Source: a virus. Taken from it: DNA of 44,355 nt. The notes below the pieces were generated by a model that had not been told where the DNA came from, searched no databases, and was given only the letters and a program-made list of their open reading frames with translations. Every line of letters starts with the position of its first letter. The stretch's first letter is position 1. Location of the stretch: the IMG/VR virus record IMGVR_UViG_3300010266_000001, positions 1-44,355 of that record. The stretch is one strand, 5' to 3'. Below are positions 1 to 5,827 of the stretch, one piece after another. The translations under genes and the position numbers were made by a program.

Positions 1-123
1 CAGTATGAACAAAATTCGCAGGCACAATATGATTACTACAAGGCCGGTAATAGTAGAATAGCCAATAATCATTCCGCCGTGTCCACGGCGGTGTGGTGGT
101 GGCTTCGTTCCCCTTGTTGCTAC
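1..123. repeat. Terminal direct repeat identical to 44233..44355 (overlap of a circular or circularly permuted genome; unique length 44232 bp)
   Basis: Both ends of the window read cagtatgaacaaaattcgcagg...cgttccccttgttgctac. The tail-fibre reading frame continues across the junction without a stop. Confidence 0.95.
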
Positions 124-219
124 GACTACGCTGACTTCTGTGATGTCACTGCGGATGGCGGCGGCACTGACGGTAACGCCAATTACTCTGCTGGTGTGCG
201 GCCCGGCTTTGCCGCCTAA
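1..219 (+). CDS. Tail fibre protein, C-terminal end (continuation of 42598..44355 through the circular junction)
   Basis: Frame 1 is open from base 1 to TAA at 217-219: QYEQNSQAQYDYYKAGNSRIANNHSAVSTAVWWWLRSPCCYDYADFCDVTADGGGTDGNANYSAGVRPGFAA*. This is the same frame as the ORF that runs off the right end. Confidence 0.85.
   Translation, partial: QYEQNSQAQYDYYKAGNSRIANNHSAVSTAVWWWLRSPCCYDYADFCDVTADGGGTDGNANYSAGVRPGFAA
115..189 (+). other. Candidate DGR variable region (VR) core in the tail-fibre C-terminus
   Basis: 25 consecutive codons (tgt tgc tac gac tac gct gac ttc tgt gat gtc act gcg gat ggc ggc ggc act gac ggt aac gcc aat tac tct), 24 of which end in C/T. They are flanked by the conserved scaffold WWWLRSP and AGVRPGF. 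A DGR-type RT gene lies 220 nt downstream of the stop. Confidence 0.6.
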
Positions 220-247
220 TCCCCCGCAGGATGATCCCGCCCCCATC

Positions 248-267
248 CCGCCGCCGAAAGGCGGCGG
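248..267. promoter_or_regulatory. Perfect 8-bp GC stem with GAAA tetraloop, 29 nt after the tail-fibre stop (candidate DGR target-recognition hairpin/cruciform)
   Basis: ccgccgcc-gaaa-ggcggcgg. All 8 pairs are Watson-Crick and there is no U-tail, so it is not a classical terminator. Confidence 0.55.
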
Positions 268-300
268 TTCCGGGAGGGAACCCCAAATAAAAATAATAAT

Positions 301-328
301 GGCGGCGTAAGCCGCCCGACGATTTTTT
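301..328 (+). terminator. Putative rho-independent terminator after the tail-fibre gene
   Basis: ggcggc-gtaa-gccgcc hairpin followed, after cgacga, by tttttt. Confidence 0.5.
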
Positions 329-438
329 GAAAATGGGGGTTTTCCGGTAAAGTGCTATCATTTGACTGCTTTTTGAGTGCATACACCGGACAAAATCAGC
401 CATACAATATCTATAAGCCTGTTTGAAGGGGGTATTGT

Positions 439-1431
439 ATGGCAACAAACAAGCGTGTTTTCACCTTGCGCCTATCTGATACGGTGTTGGAACAGACTTG
501 GAAGCCCAAATCCTGTTCCCATTTCACCCTTCGGGAACGGGGAAAAATCCGCCCGATAGATGCCCCGCACATTACGGATCGACAAATCCACAAAACCCTG
601 TGTAATGAAGTCCTGATCCCGTTGTATTCACCTTCCATGATCTATGACAACGGGGCAAGCCAAAAGGGAAAGGGCCTTCATTGGCAGTTCAAACGGATCA
701 AACAACAGCTTGGATGGCATTACCGGCGTTATGGCCGGGAAGGTGCTGTGTTGCTGTTGGATTTGAAGGGGTTCTTTCCAAATGCTTCCCATGCCCTGTT
801 ATACCAGCGGCACCGGGAATTGATTTTGAATCCTGAACTTCAAAACTTGGCTGATACTGTGATTCAATATTCCCCATGCCCGACACCGGGCCGGGGGATG
901 CCTTTGGGCGTTGAGCCTTCCCAACAGGAAATGGTGGCGTTACCAAGCAAAATTGACCAATGGATCAAGTGTCAGGCCCGTGTTCATTGCGCCGGTCATT
1001 ACATGGATGATTACTATGCTTTCTTTCCCACGGTGGATGAAGCAAAGCTGATGGGCCATGAAATTGTAAGGCGTTTTGAAGCCGCTGGAATCCGAGTGAA
1101 CAAGCGCAAGTGTAAGGTGATCCCGCTTACAAAGCCGTTCCGGTTCTGCAAAGCCCGGTTCACACTTACCGAAACCGGCAAGATCAAGGTGAATGGAAGC
1201 CGGGATGGAGTGAAACGGGCAAGGCGAAAACTGAAGCTGTTTCACAGGGAGTTCAAAGAGGGAAAACGATCCTTCTTTGACATAGAACAATACATGGAGT
1301 GCCAAAGCGCCTATTACCGGAACTTCAACGATCATGGCCGGTTGTTGCGGTTGCGGCGGCTTTACCATGCAATCTTTTTCGGAGGTGGACAATGTTTAGA
1401 ATCATCAAAGCCGGGGCCGGTATCGGCCTGA
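439..1431 (+). CDS. Reverse transcriptase, diversity-generating retroelement (DGR) class
   Basis: 330 aa. RBS aaggggg lies 7 nt upstream of the ATG. RT motifs occur in order: GKIRPIDAPHITDRQIHKTLCNEVL, KGKGLH, LLLDLKGFFPN, GMPLGVEPSQ (the LGxxxSQ form typical of DGR RTs) and HYMDDYY. Confidence 0.9.
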   Translation: MATNKRVFTLRLSDTVLEQTWKPKSCSHFTLRERGKIRPIDAPHITDRQIHKTLCNEVLIPLYSPSMIYDNGASQKGKGLHWQFKRIKQQLGWHYRRYGREGAVLLLDLKGFFPNASHALLYQRHRELILNPELQNLADTVIQYSPCPTPGRGMPLGVEPSQQEMVALPSKIDQWIKCQARVHCAGHYMDDYYAFFPTVDEAKLMGHEIVRRFEAAGIRVNKRKCKVIPLTKPFRFCKARFTLTETGKIKVNGSRDGVKRARRKLKLFHREFKEGKRSFFDIEQYMECQSAYYRNFNDHGRLLRLRRLYHAIFFGGGQCLESSKPGPVSA

Positions 1432-2000
1432 CCGAGAACCTGAACTACATCAAAAAAGCCGAAAATGGTTGTTACATCCTTTGCCCGGAGCATGACGCTT
1501 CGGGCATTGTTTTTGAGGGTGTGGCTTACCATTTGTTGGGCCGTGCCGCTATGGACGAACTGGAAACGGTGAGTTTGGAGGAAACGGACGCAGGAACCGA
1601 GATCACCAAAGCCACAGAAGCCGGTGGAATCGTCTTTGTCACCTTGGCGGAAGCCGGGAGCATTGACCCCACCACGGCGGCTGAACACGCTGATCTGTTC
1701 GCTGAATGGGCTTTCCCTGTGGCCTACACGGTAGGGCAGATTCGCCGCTACCAAGGCACCCTTTACAAGTGTGTTCAGGCCCACACTTCCCAAGCGGATT
1801 GGACACCCACAGCCGCTTCCAGTTTGTGGAGTAAGACAAATGATCCCGCTGAAGAATGGCCGGAATGGAGCCAACCGGTAGGAGCGCATGACGCTTATTC
1901 CAAGGGGGCAAAAGTGAGCCATAACAGTAAACATTGGGTTTCCACAGCGGACGCCAATGTGTGGGAACCCGGTGTATATGGTTGGGAGGAATCGGCTTAA
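1392..2000 (+). CDS. Fibre-associated protein with two CBM5/12-like carbohydrate-binding repeats
   Basis: RBS ggaggtgg precedes the ATG at 1392. The C-terminal half contains YQGTLYKCVQAHTSQADWTPTAASSLWS and YSKGAKVSHNSKHWVSTADANVWEPGVYGW, which fit the aromatic pattern of CBM5/12. It overlaps the RT 3' end by 40 nt. Confidence 0.65.
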   Translation: MFRIIKAGAGIGLTENLNYIKKAENGCYILCPEHDASGIVFEGVAYHLLGRAAMDELETVSLEETDAGTEITKATEAGGIVFVTLAEAGSIDPTTAAEHADLFAEWAFPVAYTVGQIRRYQGTLYKCVQAHTSQADWTPTAASSLWSKTNDPAEEWPEWSQPVGAHDAYSKGAKVSHNSKHWVSTADANVWEPGVYGWEESA

Positions 2001-2398
2001 TGGAGTATAAAATCTATATTTGCCGCAAACGGGCCAAATTCAAAGCAATTTGCGGACAAGTGAACATTCGGTATGGAACCATCCTGAATTGTCAGGGTGG
2101 TTTTTTGATTCTGAATGATCTTCCGGTGTGTTCCGTAACCAGCCAAAACGCCTATGACTTCTTTACCCAAAATGATGATGGCATGGGCAAGGAAAGGGGC
2201 GAACTTCTGAACCGGATCACCGCAACGCTGATGAAGCAGACCCCCGGACACAACGCCCGGTGGGGGAAAATTTGGGATGATCCCCGTTGCCAAAAGTACA
2301 AGCGCCCGGAACAGGAAGATCATTGGATTTGGAATCATGACTTCTACAACGGCCCTGTTGAGGATTTGCGCTATATTGCCGCCCTGATCGGGGCCTGA
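2000..2398 (+). CDS. Hypothetical phage protein
   Basis: The ATG overlaps the preceding stop (TAATG). 132 aa: MEYKIYICRKRAKF...WNHDFYNGPVEDLRYIAALIGA. No family recognised. Confidence 0.55.
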   Translation: MEYKIYICRKRAKFKAICGQVNIRYGTILNCQGGFLILNDLPVCSVTSQNAYDFFTQNDDGMGKERGELLNRITATLMKQTPGHNARWGKIWDDPRCQKYKRPEQEDHWIWNHDFYNGPVEDLRYIAALIGA

Positions 2399-2413
2399 TA
2401 GGAGGGAAAAGCC

Positions 2414-2725
2414 ATGACGATTTATCAGGTGTTGTGCTTGATTGGTGTTCCCGCCTTGATTTTGGCAGTATTCAAATACCTGTGGAGCCAAATCAAGCAT
2501 AACACCGAGGATTCCAAGGCTTTGAAGGCCGGTATTCAGGCCCTTCTTCGGGCGCAGATGATCAGCGATTTCAATAAGTATTCCGAAAAAGGCTATGCCC
2601 CAATCTATGCACGGGATAATTTTGAAAATTGCTGGAAGCAGTATCATTCTTTGGGGGTGAATGGGGTGATGGACGATCTTCACAGAAAATTCTTGGAGTT
2701 GTCCACTGATCCCCCGGAAGAATGA
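2414..2725 (+). CDS. Membrane-anchored protein of the lysis cassette (one N-terminal TM segment)
   Basis: RBS ggaggg. N-terminus is IYQVLCLIGVPALILAVFKYLW followed by a charged soluble domain. ATGA overlap with the next gene. Confidence 0.65.
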   Translation: MTIYQVLCLIGVPALILAVFKYLWSQIKHNTEDSKALKAGIQALLRAQMISDFNKYSEKGYAPIYARDNFENCWKQYHSLGVNGVMDDLHRKFLELSTDPPEE

Positions 2726-2991
2726 GCAGACGAACCAAAAAGCCAAAGCGTGAGTTTTCCAAGCTGATCCTGTATGTGGTGGGGGCCGTAACCGTTGGGG
2801 TTACGGCCTTCACCCTTATCATGGTTTGGAAAACTGAAAACCTTGAACCGCTGGCCTATTTGATCCCCGCCATATTTGCTGAATTGGCAACCGCAACCGG
2901 GTTTTACTATTCCAAAGCCAAAGCCGAAAACCGGATCAAACTTCGGAAGTTGTATGGCCCGGAAATCTATAACGATGCAAAGGAGATTTGA
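2722..2991 (+). CDS. Putative holin (two TM segments)
   Basis: 89 aa. Basic N-terminus, then LILYVVGAVTVGVTAFTLIMVW and LAYLIPAIFAELATATGFYY, then a charged C-terminus. Located upstream of the endolysin. Confidence 0.55.
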   Translation: MSRRTKKPKREFSKLILYVVGAVTVGVTAFTLIMVWKTENLEPLAYLIPAIFAELATATGFYYSKAKAENRIKLRKLYGPEIYNDAKEI

Positions 2992-2995
2992 AACC

Positions 2996-3379
2996 ATGCT
3001 GAACGCTGTTTTGAACAATCTGATCAATATTGGGTGGGCCATGTTGATCTTCCTGTGTGCGTACCTGTCCAATGTTGCTTTTTCCCTTTACTACAACATC
3101 AAGGTTTTGCTTCAGCCCTTCGACAGACAGAAAATGATCAATTCCGGGCTGAAGGTTGCCACCTTCGTTGTGGGCCTGACCTTGCTTTGTGTAGCAATCA
3201 CCACCCTTCCGATTTATGCGGATCAGCTTGGGTGGGCAATCCCGGAAGAATACACAGAAATTTTTGCTGATTTGGTTATTGTGGGCGCTGTGCTGATGGT
3301 GTCTTGTAAGTATATCGCAGAAGCCTTCACCAAGTTCAGGGCCATTCTTCAGGTGAAAGGAGATACAGAAAATGAGTAA
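2996..3379 (+). CDS. Putative holin / lysis membrane protein (3-4 TM segments)
   Basis: RBS aaggag precedes the ATG at 2996. Hydrophobic segments include IGWAMLIFLCAYLSNVAF, VATFVVGLTLLCVAITTL and LVIVGAVLMVS. It overlaps the endolysin start. Confidence 0.55.
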   Translation: MLNAVLNNLINIGWAMLIFLCAYLSNVAFSLYYNIKVLLQPFDRQKMINSGLKVATFVVGLTLLCVAITTLPIYADQLGWAIPEEYTEIFADLVIVGAVLMVSCKYIAEAFTKFRAILQVKGDTENE

Positions 3380-4175
3380 TTCCCCCCTTGCAACCTATAC
3401 CCGGATCACGAAAAACAAAACCAGCCCCCGGAACCATGCCATTGACACCATCACGATTCATTGTATCGTTGGGCAATGGACAGCAAAACAGGGGTGTGAT
3501 TATTTCGCCACCACAGACCGGCAATATTCCGCCAATTATGTTGTTGGTAAGGATGGTTCCATTGGCCTTTCCGTGGATGAAAAGGATCGTTCTTGGTGTT
3601 CCAGCAACGGCACCAATGACAACCGGGCAATCACCATTGAAGTTGCTTCCGACACCACCCACCCTTACGCCGTCACCGCCAAGGCTTATGCGGCCCTGTT
3701 GGATTTGGTAACGGATATTTGCAAGCGCAACAGGATCAAGAAGTTGGTGTGGAGTACGAACAAGAATGACCGTGTGAATCATCGGAACGGATGCAACATG
3801 ACCGTTCATCGTGACTTCGCCAACAAAGCCTGTCCGGGGGAATATCTTTATTCCAGACACGGGGAGATTGCCGCAGAAGTCAACAGAAGGCTTCAGGACG
3901 CTTCCAATGGTGGTGGGGTAGTAGTTACACCCCCAGCCGCAGAAAAGCCCGCAGGCGGCACCACAGGGGCCACCGTGACCCCTTACCATGTGCGGGTGAA
4001 GATCACCAACCTGAATATCCGTAAAGGCCCCGGCACAAACTACGGTGCAACCGGCTACATCCAGCCCGGTATTTATACCATCGTGGCTGAAAGCACCGGC
4101 AAAGGTGCGGCCAAGTGGGGCAAACTGAAAAGCGGTGCCGGGTGGATTTCCCTTGACTACGCCACTAAAACCTGA
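3372..4175 (+). CDS. Endolysin: N-acetylmuramoyl-L-alanine amidase (Amidase_2/PGRP type) with C-terminal SH3-like wall-binding domain
   Basis: ITIHCIVG...ANYVVG...NDNRAITIEV...HRDFANKACPG matches the Amidase_2 layout. The C-terminal NLNIRKGPGTNYGATGYIQPGIYTIV...WGKLKSGAGWISLDY is SH3b-like. Confidence 0.9.
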   Translation: MSNSPLATYTRITKNKTSPRNHAIDTITIHCIVGQWTAKQGCDYFATTDRQYSANYVVGKDGSIGLSVDEKDRSWCSSNGTNDNRAITIEVASDTTHPYAVTAKAYAALLDLVTDICKRNRIKKLVWSTNKNDRVNHRNGCNMTVHRDFANKACPGEYLYSRHGEIAAEVNRRLQDASNGGGVVVTPPAAEKPAGGTTGATVTPYHVRVKITNLNIRKGPGTNYGATGYIQPGIYTIVAESTGKGAAKWGKLKSGAGWISLDYATKT

Positions 4176-4186
4176 CCATGAGAAAA

Positions 4187-4220
4187 GGCCCTTCCGGTTC
4201 AAGCTGGAAGGGCCTTTTTT
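4187..4220 (+). terminator. Rho-independent terminator of the lysis operon
   Basis: ggcccttcc / ggaagggcc stem with a 10-nt loop, followed by tttttt. Confidence 0.8.
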
Positions 4221-4345
4221 GCGTGTTTCTACTATGTTACTAATAACCCCGATTTCACCGAACTTCAAAGGGCTGAAATGTTCAGTATTTGGGCGTTTCA
4301 GAGCGTTGCAGAGTAGAAATATTTATGGTATAATAAAAACAGACG

Positions 4346-4381
4346 AACCCCGAACCCTTGATTTTTCAGGGGTTCGGGGTT
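4346..4381. terminator. 12-bp-stem hairpin, likely bidirectional terminator downstream of int
   Basis: aaccccgaaccc...gggttcggggtt. T-rich tracts follow on both strands (tttctt on plus, ctgttttt on minus). Confidence 0.65.
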
Positions 4382-4445
4382 TTCTTGTTACTAATGTGTG
4401 CATAGTTCAGCGTTCAGCGGCCTAAAATGTTCACCGGTTTGAACC

Positions 4446-5459
4446 CTATGGAATCAGTTCCACGGTGGCCTTCAGTTCGTCCAAAGTCTTGTGATTATAG
4501 ACCCGGTTTCCCGTGTCCTTGGACACATGACCCATGAGCAAATCAATACATTTCCGGTTGGCCCCGGCGCTATCCAATTTGGTTTCAAAGGTGTGGCGGC
4601 ATTCGTGCGGGGTATGATTCAGCTTCAGGGCCTTCATAATATCCGCCCAAAATATCCGGTATTGGGTTTGATTGCAAACCTTCCCATTGTAGCTGATCAG
4701 CCGGGGGCCACCTTCGGCAAGCCGCCGTTCAATCAAGGGCCTGATCTTTGGATGGATGGGAACAATGCGGTTCTTACCGGCTTTCGTTTTGGTGCCGCCC
4801 TTCATCGTGCCTTCCTTCAAGTCTATATCTTCAGGTTTCAGGTTCAAAAATTCAGAGATACGCCACCCGGAATATAGCAAGATCAAAACAGTATCAACCC
4901 AAGGATCAGACTGATGTTCCCACACCGTTTTGATTTCATCGTTGGTGAACGGAAGGCGGCTGGTGGGCGGTATTGGATCAGAAGTCAGAAGTTCAGAGAA
5001 GCACCGGTTTATTATATCCATTTCAAGGGCGAACCGGTCAAGGTGGCCCCACAGGTTCTTGATAGCCGCTTGGGTGCTATACCCTTTCCCACAACCATCA
5101 ATAGTTTCTTGCATTTGGTAGGATCGCAGTTGTTTATAAGGCTTGTTCACATACGCTGAACAATGCTTGAACGCTGAACAGAGGGAAGAACGGTTGGATT
5201 CCCCCAGCTTTGGGGCCTTCTTTTCTTTCCAGAGGTCAAAAAGCTGTTGAAGGGTGATCTTGGCCCGGTCAACATCCCAAGGATCACGGTTGTATTCAGC
5301 AAGCATGATGTTCCCGGCTTCACGGGTTTCAGCATAGCCGATAATGTCATAGATGGGATGGCCTTTGTCATTCCAACCTATGGTTTTCTTCACAATGTAT
5401 GGGCGGCGGCGTTGGCCTGATAGCTTTGCAACCGTTCCATACCCGTTTGGATTTCGCAT
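4446..5459 (-). CDS. int: Tyrosine recombinase / phage integrase
   Basis: RBS aggtga lies 5 nt upstream of the ATG at 5459. The C-terminal catalytic region contains SGWRISEFLNL, HECRHTFET, LMGH and RVYNH (R...HxxR...H...Y pattern). Confidence 0.9.
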   Translation of the reverse strand: MRNPNGYGTVAKLSGQRRRPYIVKKTIGWNDKGHPIYDIIGYAETREAGNIMLAEYNRDPWDVDRAKITLQQLFDLWKEKKAPKLGESNRSSLCSAFKHCSAYVNKPYKQLRSYQMQETIDGCGKGYSTQAAIKNLWGHLDRFALEMDIINRCFSELLTSDPIPPTSRLPFTNDEIKTVWEHQSDPWVDTVLILLYSGWRISEFLNLKPEDIDLKEGTMKGGTKTKAGKNRIVPIHPKIRPLIERRLAEGGPRLISYNGKVCNQTQYRIFWADIMKALKLNHTPHECRHTFETKLDSAGANRKCIDLLMGHVSKDTGNRVYNHKTLDELKATVELIP

Positions 5460-5508
5460 TATATCACCTGAACTTTCAAAATTGGGTATGGCAAAGCTAA
5501 ACCCCATG

Positions 5509-5517
5509 TGATATAAT
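5509..5517 (+). promoter_or_regulatory. Candidate extended -10 promoter (TGaTATAAT) pointing away from int
   Basis: tgatataat at 5509-5517, followed by an imperfect palindrome (5515-5539) and a strong terminator about 85 nt downstream. Confidence 0.35.
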
Positions 5518-5563
5518 GTTCAAAGGCGTTTGAAACATTAACTTCAAAAGGGTTTGTTTCGCC

Positions 5564-5606
5564 TGACCGCTTCCGGTGTGCAAGACCGGGGGCGGTCATT
5601 TTTTTT
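5564..5606 (+). terminator. Strong plus-strand rho-independent terminator
   Basis: tgaccgc...gcggtca outer stem, ccggt...accgg inner stem, then eight T residues (5599-5606). Confidence 0.75.
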
Positions 5607-5608
5607 GC

Positions 5609-5827
5609 ATTTGTTCCATATCCGTTCCGCTTAAAATCCTTGCGGGATGTGGCTTTGAGAGAATGGAACACTTGGAACAGATATTATATTACTTCAAAGA
5701 GTAGATAAAAAATATATAAAAGAAAAGGAGTATATAGAGAACCGGCGCTTTATCTGTTCCACCTGTTCCAAAGCCTTGATTTTCCTGTGTTTTCAGGGAT
5801 TGGACGGCGGAACGGATGTGGACAGAT
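5609..5827. repeat. Iteron module A: GGAACAGAT-type 9-mers in convergent pairs around a 69-bp AT-rich core
   Basis: Direct copies at 5665-5671 and 5674-5682. Inverted copies at 5752-5760 and 5761-5769. Degenerate copies at 5612-5617, 5623-5628, 5809-5817 and 5820-5827. Collinear with module B at 22955-23229. Confidence 0.75.

Noticed and set aside
1-123. Terminal 123-bp repeat considered as a biological LTR, att duplication or cos-type redundancy
   Set aside because: It lies inside a continuous ORF and simply closes the circle, so it is most likely an assembly overlap. True physical termini cannot be inferred from the sequence alone.
220-438. Target-to-RT intergenic region considered as the DGR template repeat
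   Set aside because: It shares only trivial GC words (ggcggc, gccgcc) with 60-219. It has no collinear match, and mismatches are not restricted to adenines.
146-559. ORFs 146..448 (-) and 377..559 (+) considered as avd-like accessory genes
   Set aside because: Both span the hairpins and terminator and overlap the RT start. Neither has an RBS, and both have Arg/Gly-rich or otherwise odd composition rather than a helical-bundle-like sequence.
4135-4425. 96-aa plus-strand ORF in the lysin-int gap
   Set aside because: It runs through two terminator hairpins, overlaps the endolysin 3' end, and has no RBS.
4513-4526. GTGTCCTTGGACAC palindrome in the int gene considered as a fifth operator
   Set aside because: The arms match the operator, but the spacing is 2 bp shorter (14 versus 16 bp). 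It also lies within coding sequence (HVSKDTG), so it is probably fortuitous.
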